From the NCBI GenBank assembly GCA_015233495.1, contig JADFXQ010000001.1:2790-66789 (forward strand): a DNA stretch of 64,000 nucleotides, read 5' to 3'. The notes beneath the pieces are model-generated. The model did no database searches, had not been told where the DNA came from, and was given only the letters and a program-made list of their open reading frames with translations. The position numbers were made by a program, and so were the translations under genes. This DNA is from Candidatus Omnitrophota bacterium. Its GTDB lineage: Bacteria > Omnitrophota > Gorgyraeia > Zapsychrales > Zapsychraceae. Within the stretch, counting starts at the first letter, position 1; each line of letters starts with the position of its first letter. Of the stretch, positions 1 through 10,381 are shown piece by piece.

Positions 1-81
1 TTCCTGTTCATAGCTAGGCATAGATTCCAGCTTACAACGTTCTGCGTAATACAATTTTTTAAGTTGATCGATATAGGACAT
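1..81 (-). CDS. hypothetical protein, 5' end only (gene continues beyond window start); MSYIDQLKKLYYAERCKLESMPSYEQE...
   Basis: Minus-strand ATG at 81 preceded by AAGGAAG Shine-Dalgarno; open frame runs off the window edge. Confidence 0.3.
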   Translation of the reverse strand, partial: MSYIDQLKKLYYAERCKLESMPSYEQE

Positions 82-147
82 AAACTTCCTTGACGAGAAA
101 AGCGATCTATCGGCAAATTGTTTGCTTTTCGCCTGCGGCGAAAAATG

Positions 148-221
148 TCGGGGAGGGGGGATTCGAACCCCCGACCCCATGCTCCCAAAGCACGTGCGCT
201 AGCCAGCTGCGCTACTCCCCG
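148..221 (-). tRNA. tRNA-Pro (anticodon TGG), 74 nt, CCA not encoded
   Basis: Folds by hand into a cloverleaf: acceptor CGGGGAG/CTCCCCG, D-arm GCGC/GCGC, anticodon stem CGTGC/GCATG with loop TTTGGGA, T-arm GGGGG-TTCGAAT-CCCCC. Confidence 0.85.
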
Positions 222-250
222 AAATTGAGCCCCAGTATATCACGGCGATT

Positions 251-2410
251 TTAGGCTGGGAAATGATTATTTTTTGGGAAAAATTTGTCGCGGCAAGCCA
301 GCCAACAAACGGCAAACAACACCGCGTAAGCCGCATAAATTAAAAAACAACCAATCCAGAATCGAAATGGGTCCTCATAACGAAAAGCCACAACATTATC
401 TCCCGCGGGAACCCACACTCCTTTAAAAGCGAGATTGGCGCGCAGGAGCGGAGCTTTGCGTCCATTGATTCTCACCACCCATTTGGGATCAAAAGCATCA
501 TTGTAGACTAAAAATTTGCTGACCCCGGATTTGATTTTAAAAGTCACGGAATTGCTGTCAAAATGCGTAACCTGAAACGCGAAGCTATCCCCGGTGACCG
601 GCTGAGGATGGGCAGGCACGAACGGTGCGGCAACGGTTTCTCCCGTATAATCGCCAGGAACCAACGCCACATTGGCATCTTTGCGCCAAAGGGATTCCAA
701 TAATTTAAAATCTTTTATCCCGTCTCCAGTCGGCTGTACCCGATCGTAAAAGACCAGATTATCCGCAAAATATTTTTTCAAAATACCGGGATCAATGTTT
801 TCATGGAGCTGCAAATATTTTGTGGTCGAATAATATATATTAATATTGGTTCCGGTATTGCCGGAATAATTAAATACATCAAAACCTCCGGGAGGCGACA
901 GCCGCCAGTTATCCGGATAATTTTTGCTAAATCCCTGAAACGCCGCCGCGGATTGAAAAAAAATCATTATAAAAATCAACAACAAAGCCGAGGGAGAACC
1001 CGGTTGAATTTTTTTAAGGCACAGCAAAACGAAAAAAATCAAGCTCAGAATCACCGTCAAATACGCGGTGATCGATTGGTTGCCTTGCGAAAGCAGAAAT
1101 ATAACAAAGCCCGCATGCACGGCGACCAGATAAACCAAAAAAGCGAATGGTCTTTTTTGCTTTGCAATGCCTCGGCATAATTCCTGCAAAAATATAGCTC
1201 CGAAAAGGAAAATCATCGGCAGGAAAAAAATCCATATGTAATGATACGCGTTGCGGAAATATTTGAAAAAAAAGACGTGTTTATACAGGAAAGGATACAC
1301 CGGCGTCCCGGTGTTTTGCGCGATAACAAAAAGCAAAAAAAACCAAATTAAGAGCATACCGATCCGTCGATTCGTCTTTAGCCCCACGGCTAAAAGGACC
1401 AGCAAACAAACAAAATACGAAAAAAATACCGTACTGATTCTCGCCCGCGACATATCGGCAAACAACTGCTGGGCCAAAACAGGGACCAGGACACCTTGCT
1501 CACCCAAAGATTGGATCTTCACTTGCGCGCTGCTCTCGACCCGCGGCCCACTTAAAACGGCAGTTCCCTTGCCGGCCGTATCTAACGCCTTTTGCCGGGC
1601 GGGGAGCATGATTTCTTTATTTTTTCCCAACTGCCAAAAACGGTATCCGGGAATAATGGACGCAAAAACTAAAAGGCCGCATAACGCTGTCACCCATTTA
1701 TAGCGAAGAAAAAATTGCCGATAATTTTGGGAAAGCCTCGTCCATCCCCCTCCATAAACCAGGGCGCTCGCCAGCAGACCGGTGCTCGCAATGGTTATAA
1801 AATAAAAAGGCAAGTACGTGCCGAATAAAATGATGACACATAAAGTCAAGCCCAAAAAATCTTTGACCCGAAATTTTTTGTTCCAAGCCGTAAAAAAATA
1901 AAAAAACCAGATAAGCGGCACTGCCAAAAGCACGGAAAAACAAAAAAATATCCGCGTGCCCACTGGAGAAAAAAGCAGAAAGAAAAACCCTGTCAAGGCT
2001 GACTGACGGTCCGTCAACGCGCGGCACAACAGATAAAACCCGCAACAGCCCAGAAAAAAATAAAACGCCATAAACACCAGATAGGCATTGTTAAAATCAA
2101 CGCCTATCCCCCAGTGCAAAAAAAGCAGAACTCCATAAGCGGGATTGAATTCGCAAATCCGGCGTAAATAAAATTCATTTGGCACTCCCCCCGATTCCAT
2201 CGGAAACCACAACGGATAATCTCCGTGCATAAACCGTTTGATCAAATAAGCAAAATGCCCAAAATAAGCAGGCGCGTCCACTTCCAACCATTTGCGCCCA
2301 AAGAAAAAATCGCGGCAAAAGAATATCCAGCTGCCAAATGCGGCAATCATAAGCAGGCCGATATAATGTTCACGCCAGAAACGCTGTAAAAAACCTATGC
2401 ATCGATTCAT
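251..2410 (-). CDS. large polytopic membrane protein, putative GT-C-fold (family 39/ArnT/PMT-like) glycosyltransferase
   Basis: 719-aa ORF with more than 10 hydrophobic helices in the N-terminal two-thirds and a soluble C-terminal domain; the function is inferred from architecture only. Confidence 0.55.
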   Translation of the reverse strand: MNRCIGFLQRFWREHYIGLLMIAAFGSWIFFCRDFFFGRKWLEVDAPAYFGHFAYLIKRFMHGDYPLWFPMESGGVPNEFYLRRICEFNPAYGVLLFLHWGIGVDFNNAYLVFMAFYFFLGCCGFYLLCRALTDRQSALTGFFFLLFSPVGTRIFFCFSVLLAVPLIWFFYFFTAWNKKFRVKDFLGLTLCVIILFGTYLPFYFITIASTGLLASALVYGGGWTRLSQNYRQFFLRYKWVTALCGLLVFASIIPGYRFWQLGKNKEIMLPARQKALDTAGKGTAVLSGPRVESSAQVKIQSLGEQGVLVPVLAQQLFADMSRARISTVFFSYFVCLLVLLAVGLKTNRRIGMLLIWFFLLFVIAQNTGTPVYPFLYKHVFFFKYFRNAYHYIWIFFLPMIFLFGAIFLQELCRGIAKQKRPFAFLVYLVAVHAGFVIFLLSQGNQSITAYLTVILSLIFFVLLCLKKIQPGSPSALLLIFIMIFFQSAAAFQGFSKNYPDNWRLSPPGGFDVFNYSGNTGTNINIYYSTTKYLQLHENIDPGILKKYFADNLVFYDRVQPTGDGIKDFKLLESLWRKDANVALVPGDYTGETVAAPFVPAHPQPVTGDSFAFQVTHFDSNSVTFKIKSGVSKFLVYNDAFDPKWVVRINGRKAPLLRANLAFKGVWVPAGDNVVAFRYEDPFRFWIGCFLIYAAYAVLFAVCWLACRDKFFPKNNHFPA

Positions 2411-2411
2411 T

Positions 2412-3701
2412 TTATGAATAAAATTTTAAATTGCCGCCGAGTTCACGCAAATCCTCCCAAAATCCCGGATAGGATTTGTTAACACAATCCCGATCCTTGA
2501 TCCGGACGCCCAGCTTGAGTCCCAAAATCGCGAAAGCCATGGCTAAACGATGGTCTTGATGCGGGTCCAAAAGACAGCCTTCCTTATACTGATGCTTCGG
2601 GGTAATGACCAACTCATCTTTTTTTTCACTGATATCCGCCCCGACTTTTAATAATTCTCTTCGTAAATCGCTGATCCGGTCTGATTCTTTTACCCGAGCG
2701 TGGCCAATATGCCGCAAACGGGTAGGGCCGCGGCCAAATAAAGCCAGGACGGTCATGATTGGGACTAAGTCCGGGCAGTCTTGCAAAGAAAACTCGCCGC
2801 CGCTTATCGCAAAGGGGCCTTTGATCCGCAGCGACCGCCCAGTGGACGTAAAGCGCGCCCCCATTTTTTTAAAAAATTCCAAGATGCGTCCATCCGCCTG
2901 AATCCACCGATCCGCAAAATGCCCTTCTAAAATCACGTCGGATTGAGTCAAAGCCGCAGCGGCGAGCAAAAAAGCGGCTAAACCATAATCGGACGGCACA
3001 GCAAATCGTTTCAACCCGCGGAATTTCTGTCCGCCCTTGATCAAAAAATCCCTCGGTCCGTCTTGCGTGATAATCACCCCGGCTTCCGCCAGGACTAAAC
3101 GCGTCATGGTGATGTATTCAAAAGAAACAACTGATTTCCCGGTTAAGGAGAGACGCGTATCTTGCGCTAATTGGGGACAGGTGATCAATAATCCGGAAAT
3201 AAATTGCGAACTTAAAGACGCGTCGCATTTAACGCGGCCTCCAGTTAAAGCGCCTCCCAAAATCCGCACCGGCACGCTTGCTCCCGCGCCCGTGCCTTGA
3301 ATCCGCATCCCCATTGCGGCCAGAGCCCGGATTAAATATAGATTAGGCCTGCCCCGCAGCGTTCCCCGGCCTTCGACAGTCACCGCTTTTCCCCGCAGAC
3401 ACAAAAGCGGCAATAAAAAACGCAGAACCGTTCCGGATTCCTGCACCTGAATCCGGGAAAATTTTTGGGGTATCCGCGGAGCTTGTATCGCCAATTGGTC
3501 AGAGGCTCGACGCTTGATAACCGCGCCTAAACGCTGGGCCACGGCGAGGGCGGCCTGAGCGTCCGCGCAATCCGAGGGGTGCATGATGATGGATGATCCC
3601 CCGCAAGCCGCGACCATAAAAGCGCGAATCGTGTACGATTTTGAGGCGGGAAGAAATATTTTACCGCGCAGGACGGAAGTTTTATTGATCAACGCGGTCA
3701 C
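2412..3701 (-). CDS. aroA: 3-phosphoshikimate 1-carboxyvinyltransferase (EPSP synthase)
   Basis: 429 aa; LPASKSYTIRAF N-terminal motif and DHRLAMAFAILGL C-terminal motif are typical of AroA. Confidence 0.75.
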   Translation of the reverse strand: MTALINKTSVLRGKIFLPASKSYTIRAFMVAACGGSSIIMHPSDCADAQAALAVAQRLGAVIKRRASDQLAIQAPRIPQKFSRIQVQESGTVLRFLLPLLCLRGKAVTVEGRGTLRGRPNLYLIRALAAMGMRIQGTGAGASVPVRILGGALTGGRVKCDASLSSQFISGLLITCPQLAQDTRLSLTGKSVVSFEYITMTRLVLAEAGVIITQDGPRDFLIKGGQKFRGLKRFAVPSDYGLAAFLLAAAALTQSDVILEGHFADRWIQADGRILEFFKKMGARFTSTGRSLRIKGPFAISGGEFSLQDCPDLVPIMTVLALFGRGPTRLRHIGHARVKESDRISDLRRELLKVGADISEKKDELVITPKHQYKEGCLLDPHQDHRLAMAFAILGLKLGVRIKDRDCVNKSYPGFWEDLRELGGNLKFYS

Positions 3702-4555
3702 TTCTTCACCACAACCTGGTCATTCTGCCGCGCCTGACTACTCGACAAGGGCGGAATTAAATCCGCCGCAGACATTTTGGTCTGAACGCGCGTGACCCGG
3801 ATATCACCCAAATATTCCTTACCGCGATATACGGAAAAATCCATGCCCGTGACTACGCCGTCTTTTTGTCCCAAATCAATGATCACAAACTCCGTGTCTT
3901 TATCGACACTGACTATCCGTCCTTCCGGGATATTCGCCGGATTGACAATAATTTTATCCAAATTAACCCGCGGCTTCGCGGTCGTTGCCGCGGGAACGAT
4001 ATTTTCAGCTGGAACGACTCCCTCTACTGGCTGCGGCGCTGCCGCGGCCGCCAATTTTTTTTCCAAATCGCGCGCCTTGGTCTCCGTTTCTTTTAATTTC
4101 AATTCTATTTCACGTTTCGCGCTCTTTTCTTGATCGATTTGCGCATTCAAATCGCGGACCTTTTGCTCTGTATCGGCGATTTGCTTGTCCAACTTATCTT
4201 GCAGAGATTTATTGTTCTGTTTCATACTGCTCAATTCCGCGTTTAACTTATCGCTCTCTTCTTTCAGCTTTTGGTTCACGGCGATTTTTACATCCAGGTC
4301 TTCCCTGACGCCGTTTAAACTGTCATCCGCTTCTTTCAATTTACTTTGCAGAACCTCAATCTGTTTGCGCAAATCACGGCCATCCTCTTCCTGCTTCAAT
4401 TCGCTCGCGTGGCTTTTCAACAATAATTTTTCCGTTAATTTCCGTTTTTCAATTTCTTTTTGCCAAAAAAACAGGCATAAAACCATCATACTTACTAACA
4501 AAATCGCAATGATCGTTAAAAACACGGTCAAAATTTTCCCGGAAGACTTGGCCAT
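3698..4555 (-). CDS. membrane-anchored coiled-coil protein, unknown function
   Basis: N-terminal TM helix, about 170 aa of heptad-rich Glu/Lys/Leu coiled coil, and a small C-terminal beta-rich domain. Confidence 0.55.
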   Translation of the reverse strand: MAKSSGKILTVFLTIIAILLVSMMVLCLFFWQKEIEKRKLTEKLLLKSHASELKQEEDGRDLRKQIEVLQSKLKEADDSLNGVREDLDVKIAVNQKLKEESDKLNAELSSMKQNNKSLQDKLDKQIADTEQKVRDLNAQIDQEKSAKREIELKLKETETKARDLEKKLAAAAAPQPVEGVVPAENIVPAATTAKPRVNLDKIIVNPANIPEGRIVSVDKDTEFVIIDLGQKDGVVTGMDFSVYRGKEYLGDIRVTRVQTKMSAADLIPPLSSSQARQNDQVVVKK

Positions 4556-4677
4556 CTGTCACCTCCGTCCGACACTATCGCCAAAAAGCGTTAATCTCAA
4601 AATTTTCTATTTTTTTATTCTTTTTTTTATTATAAACAAATTGGCCTTTATGTAAAGAAAGGAGTAAAAAAAGTAGG

Positions 4678-5589
4678 TTAGCAACCAACTCTCTTTAAAA
4701 ACTCCGCTGGCGTGCGGCTGCTGAATTCTACCCATTGCCGGGTGTGAGGGTGCTTAAATCCGATCGCTTTCGCGTGTAAAGCCAACCGGGGGAAATTATG
4801 CGGATGACCATATTTATCATCGCCAAGAATCGGATGTTTCAAATACGCCATATGCACGCGCAACTGATGCGTGCGCCCGGTTCGCGGAAAAAGCGATATC
4901 AGCGTAGCGTCGGGAAAACGCTTGATCACCTGATAATAAGTAAGGGCCGCCTTAGCTTTGGGGTCATCCAAACAAACCGCTTTTTTTTCAAAATCCCGGA
5001 TATGTCTTCCTAAAGCCGCGTCAATACGGCCTTGATCAAACGACACTTCGCCTTCCACCAAGGCGACATAGTGTTTGCGGATTTCATGCCGTTCAAACAA
5101 CCTCGCTAACCGGGCATGGGTAATATTATCCTTAGCGATCAAAATCAACCCGGAAGTCTCTTTGTCCAAACGATGCACAATTCCGGGACGGATCACATCG
5201 TCATTGCAGTCCGACAAGGTTTTAGCGTGATGCAACAAAGCGTTGACCAAAGTGCCGTTCGGACTGCCCTTAGCCGGGTGTACCACCATGCCGCTGGGTT
5301 TATTGATGACGAACAAATACTCGTCTTCATAAAAAATGTCCAAAGGGAGGTCTTGTGCCAAGGCCTCGGGCGGCTTTAAAAAATCCGCCGGAAGATCAAC
5401 GCAAATATTGTCGCCGGGGCAAACCTGGTAATTCGACTTGACGATCTTGCCATTGGCAGTCACGTGACCAGCCGCAATCAGTTTCTGCACAAAAGCGCGG
5501 GACTGTCCATCCGCAAGCCGCGCAACAACATAAACATCTAAGCGATTTTGATCTTGTGTCGCATCGGCAATGAATGTAAATACCGGCAT
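4678..5589 (-). CDS. rluD: RluA-family 23S rRNA pseudouridine synthase (RluD-like)
   Basis: S4-like N-terminus; catalytic HRLDKETSGLILIAKD motif. Confidence 0.8.
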   Translation of the reverse strand: MPVFTFIADATQDQNRLDVYVVARLADGQSRAFVQKLIAAGHVTANGKIVKSNYQVCPGDNICVDLPADFLKPPEALAQDLPLDIFYEDEYLFVINKPSGMVVHPAKGSPNGTLVNALLHHAKTLSDCNDDVIRPGIVHRLDKETSGLILIAKDNITHARLARLFERHEIRKHYVALVEGEVSFDQGRIDAALGRHIRDFEKKAVCLDDPKAKAALTYYQVIKRFPDATLISLFPRTGRTHQLRVHMAYLKHPILGDDKYGHPHNFPRLALHAKAIGFKHPHTRQWVEFSSRTPAEFLKRVGC

Positions 5590-5626
5590 GATCTTTTTAT
5601 CAAATCCCTTCCCCTTAAGCCCGCGC

Positions 5627-6151
5627 TCATTCCTTACCGGTCATCTGAAAACACTTGAATCCGATGATCATCGCTCCAATGGTGATCGCGCTGTCCGCGA
5701 TATTAAAGACCGGCCATACCCGCAAGTCAATAAAATCAATGACATAGCCGTAGCTCATCCGGTCAATCAAATTGCCGATCGCGCCTCCGACGATCAGAGA
5801 AAAAGCGAATATATAAGCGCGGCTTAAGGCCTCGTTGTTTTTACGGTAGTAATAAATGTTGAAAATCAGCAAGGCTAGCGCGATGACCGGAACAATGATA
5901 AAAACCGAACCGTGGTTTTTGAAAAAACCAAAAGCGATTCCGGTATTATGAATCAAGGTGAAATGAAAGATATCTTTGATGACCGGGATAGATTCACCAT
6001 AACGCAATAGACTGGAAAAAAAATTTTTGGTAAACCGGTCCGAAAGAACTACCGCGGCAATACTGAACACCGCGAGAAAAACATCAACCTGCGACCGAGC
6101 CCAACCGAGCTTCATGATTTTTTCTCGATATTTTCCTGGCATTTCAAACAA
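5627..6151 (-). CDS. lspA: lipoprotein signal peptidase II
   Basis: Four TM helices; NTGIAFG and FNIADSAI motifs. Confidence 0.8.
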   Translation of the reverse strand: MFEMPGKYREKIMKLGWARSQVDVFLAVFSIAAVVLSDRFTKNFFSSLLRYGESIPVIKDIFHFTLIHNTGIAFGFFKNHGSVFIIVPVIALALLIFNIYYYRKNNEALSRAYIFAFSLIVGGAIGNLIDRMSYGYVIDFIDLRVWPVFNIADSAITIGAMIIGFKCFQMTGKE

Positions 6152-6459
6152 GTCTCAACGTAAGGAATCGCCTTCAAGCGCGCCGAGGCAATGGCTTTTT
6201 TACATTCAGTGCACAGACCGTAAGTTCCATCCTCCAAACGACGCAGGGCAGTGTCAATTTTTCCCAAAACCTCCCGCTCACTTGAGGCTAAACCCAGATT
6301 GAATTCCCGGTCATACATATCGGTAGCCACATCCGCCATGTGCATCACATGACCCGAATCCGTCTCTCCGCCTTCGGGGTTGATGGCCATATTGGAGATA
6401 TCATGCGATAAATCTTCCTTGAGTTTTAACAATGTTTTTTTATAACCGTTTTGGGGCAT
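6112..6459 (-). CDS. DksA/TraR-family C4 zinc-finger protein
   Basis: C-terminal CTECKKAIASARLKAIPYVETCLKCQ four-cysteine finger after a coiled-coil region. Confidence 0.6.
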   Translation of the reverse strand: MPQNGYKKTLLKLKEDLSHDISNMAINPEGGETDSGHVMHMADVATDMYDREFNLGLASSEREVLGKIDTALRRLEDGTYGLCTECKKAIASARLKAIPYVETCLKCQENIEKKS

Positions 6460-6633
6460 TCATAACCTCCTTAAAAATGTTTGATTTTAGTACGCAGTAT
6501 ACGGGATACGGTAAAACTGTATATGTCTGACTAGATGGGTATCCTGTCTATCAAAATTCATTTTTTTTCAAAAGATGAAATAAGAAACACAATATATCTG
6601 ATTTGCCTCACATAAAAAGTATTACCCTATGCC

Positions 6634-9444
6634 TTATTCTGTATACCGTAAAACTTTCGCGCATCTGCCACAGACATCCGGATAAGCCGCAGACGCGCCA
6701 ATATCGAGACGATAATTCCAACAACGCGGGCACTTCTCGCCTTCGGCTTTTCGGATCTCGACGGTGGTCTGCCCGTGTTTTTCGCTTAATCCCGACGCGA
6801 CAGCGGCGACCCGTTCCACTTCGACCTGAGACACAATAAACACGGCCGGTAAAAAAGCGGCGTGTTGCTTAAAATACGCGGCGTCGCTGTCGCTGGCCGT
6901 CTGAAAAATCACTTTCGCCTCCAAAGAACTGCCGATCATGCCTTCGCGCCGCTTCTCCTCCAGCGCCTTGAGCACCTGAGGACGGATGTCTACCAGCACC
7001 GCGAATTCCTGTTCCAGCGCCGGATCATCCCAGACGGACGGCGAATTTTTCCACGTCAATAAATGGACACTGGCCGCGCGGCTCATTTCCGCGGTTCGCG
7101 GCAAAAATTTAAAAATTTCGTCCGCCGTAAAAACCAAAATCGGAGCGAGCAAACGGGTCAAATGATCCACTATCTCATAAAGAACAGTCTGGCCGGAGCG
7201 TCTTTCCGCCCCGCGAGTGGAGCAAGTATACATTCGATCTTTTAAAATATCAAGATAAAAACTCGAAAGGTCGTTATTGCAGAAATCATACAGAGTTTTA
7301 TACGCGCCGGCAAAATCATAAGCCGCGTAATAAGCTTTTACAGCGTAGATAGTGCGGGATACACGACCCAGAGCCCAGCGGTCAAAGGGCAAAAGTTTAT
7401 CATAAGCCTGCGCATCCTGATCCGGATTAAAATCAGAAAGATTTCCTAAAAGATAACGGAACGTGTTGCGGATTTTCCGGTAGGCGTCACTCAGCCGATT
7501 CAAGGTTTCCGTGGAAACGCGGATATCTTCATTATAGGAACTCGACGCTACCCACAACCGCAGAATGTCTGCCCCGCTGTTTTTGATAATATCTAAAGGC
7601 GAAACCACATTGCCTAATGATTTGGACATTTTACGGCCTTCGCCATCCACCACAAAACCATGCGTCAGCACCGACTTAAACGGCGGATGGCCCTCCATAG
7701 CCACGGCCGGAATCAAAGAGGACTGAAACCAGCCGCGGTGTTGATCCGAGCCTTCCAAATACATCTCCGCCGGCAAAGTTTCCCCTAATTTCCCTTTGAT
7801 CACCGCCTGATGGCTGACCCCGGAATCAAACCAAACATCTAAGATATCCTGAGTTTTCGTAAAATCATTTTTCCCGCAATCCGGGCAAACAAAACCTTGC
7901 GGAACAAAAGCGTCAACCGGCATTTCAAACCAGGCATTCGTGCCTTTTTCCTTCGCAATGTCCGCGAGACGCTCAATGACCTCAGGAAATAATTTATGAT
8001 CTCCGCCGCATCCAGCGCATTGCAAGGCCGGGATAGGCACTCCCCAATACCGCTGCCGGGACAAACACCAATCCGGACGCAGTTTAACCATGCCCAGGAT
8101 ACGCTCTTCACCTTTCTCAGGAATCCATTGTACTTCATTTTTAATCGCATCCTGTAATTTCCCGCGCAGTCCATTGTGATCAATCGCCATGAACCATTGC
8201 CGGGTCGCGCGGAAAATTACCGGACTTTTACAACGCCAGCAATGCGGATAAGAATGCGTAATATTTTTCGCGGCGAACAATAAACCGCGGCCGCGTAAAT
8301 CTTCAATTATCCTCGGGTTGGCTTTAAAAACCTGTTCCCCGGCGTAAACGCCCGCTTTGGCGGTGTAACGGCCGCTGTCGTCAACCGGCATCAAAACTTC
8401 CAAACCATATTTACGGCCGGTTTCAAAATCGTCCTGGCCGTGTCCCGGCGCGGTATGCACCAACCCAGTGCCGTCTTCTTTGGTAACATAATCCGCGGTA
8501 ACTACCACGCCCTGGTTAAGCATTCCAAAAGGATGCTCGTAATTTAAGGAGGTCAATTCTCTACCCTTAAACTTTTTTATAATCACCGTCTCCGGGCCAG
8601 TCAATAATTCCCGGCAGCGGTTTTCTTCCAAAAGCAAAATTTCGCCGTCCGTTTGCGCGGCGATATAATCAAAATCCGGATGCGCCGCTACCGCCACATT
8701 AGCCAAAAGCGTCCAGGGCGTGGTTGTCCAAATTAACAAAGCTGTTTTTGGATCGCGGGGTAAACCAAGAGCTTGCGGATTATGCACCTTGAATTTAACA
8801 TATACCGACGGCGAAGTATGGTCTTCATATTCCACTTCCGCTTCCGCGAGCGCGGTTTCGCATTTCGCGCACCAATTCACCGGCTTTACCCCGCGATAAA
8901 TATACCCTTTTTCCCGCAAAGCCAATAAAGACTTTAAAATCCAATATTCATACTCCGGTTTAAGCGTCAAATACGGATCATCCCAATCGCCAAACACGCC
9001 AAGGCGTTTAAATTGTTCCGCCTGGATTCCAACGTATTTCAAAGCGTATTGTTCGGCTTTTTTTCGAAATTCCACGCAATCCACTTCCGACTTGCGTTTA
9101 TTCATTTCCTTGAACAAGGCGTGCTCGATCGGCAGACCGTGGCAGTCCCAGCCGGGAACATAATGGCAATCATGTCCGGACATGGTCTTGGACTTAACGA
9201 CTAAATCCTTGAGGATTTTATTTAAGGCATGGCCCATATGAATGGGGCCATTGGCGTAGGGCGGCCCGTCGTGCAACAAAAACCGCGGTTTGCCTTTGGC
9301 CAAGGCGCGCAATTGACCGTAAATATTTTTTTCCGCCCAAGCGGCCAGCATTTCCGGTTCCTTCTGCGTCAACCCGGCCTTCATCGAAAAATCGGTCTTA
9401 GGAAGATTTAAAGTGTCTTGATATTTATTATTTTGATCTGCCAT
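6634..9444 (-). CDS. ileS: isoleucine--tRNA ligase
   Basis: HMGH (HIGH-class) and KMSKS motifs; N-terminus MADQNNKYQDTLNLPKTDF; C-terminal Zn-binding cysteines. Start set at the internal Met, which has better N-terminal conservation than the longer ORF start. Confidence 0.9.
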   Translation of the reverse strand: MADQNNKYQDTLNLPKTDFSMKAGLTQKEPEMLAAWAEKNIYGQLRALAKGKPRFLLHDGPPYANGPIHMGHALNKILKDLVVKSKTMSGHDCHYVPGWDCHGLPIEHALFKEMNKRKSEVDCVEFRKKAEQYALKYVGIQAEQFKRLGVFGDWDDPYLTLKPEYEYWILKSLLALREKGYIYRGVKPVNWCAKCETALAEAEVEYEDHTSPSVYVKFKVHNPQALGLPRDPKTALLIWTTTPWTLLANVAVAAHPDFDYIAAQTDGEILLLEENRCRELLTGPETVIIKKFKGRELTSLNYEHPFGMLNQGVVVTADYVTKEDGTGLVHTAPGHGQDDFETGRKYGLEVLMPVDDSGRYTAKAGVYAGEQVFKANPRIIEDLRGRGLLFAAKNITHSYPHCWRCKSPVIFRATRQWFMAIDHNGLRGKLQDAIKNEVQWIPEKGEERILGMVKLRPDWCLSRQRYWGVPIPALQCAGCGGDHKLFPEVIERLADIAKEKGTNAWFEMPVDAFVPQGFVCPDCGKNDFTKTQDILDVWFDSGVSHQAVIKGKLGETLPAEMYLEGSDQHRGWFQSSLIPAVAMEGHPPFKSVLTHGFVVDGEGRKMSKSLGNVVSPLDIIKNSGADILRLWVASSSYNEDIRVSTETLNRLSDAYRKIRNTFRYLLGNLSDFNPDQDAQAYDKLLPFDRWALGRVSRTIYAVKAYYAAYDFAGAYKTLYDFCNNDLSSFYLDILKDRMYTCSTRGAERRSGQTVLYEIVDHLTRLLAPILVFTADEIFKFLPRTAEMSRAASVHLLTWKNSPSVWDDPALEQEFAVLVDIRPQVLKALEEKRREGMIGSSLEAKVIFQTASDSDAAYFKQHAAFLPAVFIVSQVEVERVAAVASGLSEKHGQTTVEIRKAEGEKCPRCWNYRLDIGASAAYPDVCGRCAKVLRYTE

Positions 9445-9460
9445 GGTTCTTCCGTTTTTT

Positions 9461-9484
9461 GTAGGGACGCCCACGAGGGGCGCC
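9461..9484. repeat. truncated copy of the GC-rich palindromic element family (GTAGGGACGCCCACGAGGGGCGCC), 17-40 nt upstream of the ileS start
   Basis: Shares GTAGGG(G/A)CGCCCACGAG and GGGCGCC arms with the copies at 12307, 18147 and 22948. Confidence 0.55.
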
Positions 9485-9505
9485 ATCTTAACTACGACAT
9501 ATCGT

Positions 9506-10366
9506 CTATTTAATATACTTCCCGATAATCGGTTCCAGCTCTCGCAAATGTTGGTTTGTTAATTTATCCTGCGCTGTGATGATCGCGTATTTCATGGCGT
9601 CTTGCGCGCTGAAATTTTCCAATTTACCGATCAACGGAATCGCGGTTTTTAATATTTTTTTGGCATTCGCCACATTCGCGGTCAAATTTTGGATGATCAT
9701 TTCAACAGTAACCGAATCATGGGCCGGGTGCCAACAATCATAATCCGTGACCGCGGCCAAAGTCGCATAGGAAATCTCCGCTTCCCGGGCAAGTTTCGCT
9801 TCGGTCGCGTTGGTCATGCCAATTATGTCCATGCCCCATTGCCGATAAAGATTCGATTCCGCCTTGGTTGAAAATTGCGGACCTTCCATGGTGATATAAG
9901 TTCCGCCTTCGTGCACCGTGGCGCCGCTTTCCCTTCCTGCCTGGGCCACAATATCCGCGACCTCGCGGGAAATCGGATCCGCGAACGAGGCGTGGGCCAC
10001 AATTCCGCCTTCGAAAAACGTTGATTTTCGGCCCTTAGTCCAGTCCACAATCTGATGCGGCACGACAAAATCCATGGGCTTAAGTTCTTCACGCAGACTA
10101 CCGCAAGCGGACACGGAAATGACCGCGTCCACGCCCAATTTTTTCATTCCGAAAATATTCGCGCGATAATTGATCTCGCTCGGCGAAATCCGGTGGCCCC
10201 GGCCGTGGCGCGACAAAAACACGACTTCAATGCCATCGAGCTCTCCGGTGAAAAAACTATCCGAAGGCTGGCCGAACGGCGTGTCCCACATCTGAAGCTC
10301 TTGCAATTGCGCGACCCCGTCAATGCTGTACAACCCGCTGCCGCCAATGATCCCGACTTTTGCCAT
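9506..10366 (-). CDS. mtnP: S-methyl-5'-thioadenosine phosphorylase / purine nucleoside phosphorylase family
   Basis: MAKVGIIGGSGLY N-terminus and PNP-family core; start taken at the internal Met. Confidence 0.75.
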   Translation of the reverse strand: MAKVGIIGGSGLYSIDGVAQLQELQMWDTPFGQPSDSFFTGELDGIEVVFLSRHGRGHRISPSEINYRANIFGMKKLGVDAVISVSACGSLREELKPMDFVVPHQIVDWTKGRKSTFFEGGIVAHASFADPISREVADIVAQAGRESGATVHEGGTYITMEGPQFSTKAESNLYRQWGMDIIGMTNATEAKLAREAEISYATLAAVTDYDCWHPAHDSVTVEMIIQNLTANVANAKKILKTAIPLIGKLENFSAQDAMKYAIITAQDKLTNQHLRELEPIIGKYIK

Positions 10367-10381
10367 GAGATCCCTCCTTTT

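Noticed and set aside
6460-6634. Short near-repeats (ATACGGTAAAACT / ATACCGTAAAACT) in the dksA-ileS intergenic region as a possible ncRNA or operator
   Set aside because: There are only two imperfect 13-nt matches in an AT-rich promoter region. There is no convincing stem-loop or conserved structure, and this is not enough to call a feature.
9445-9505. T-box or other leader riboswitch upstream of ileS
   Set aside because: Only about 60 nt separate the ileS start from the neighbouring gene, far too short for a T-box. The only structure present is the truncated palindromic repeat copy.
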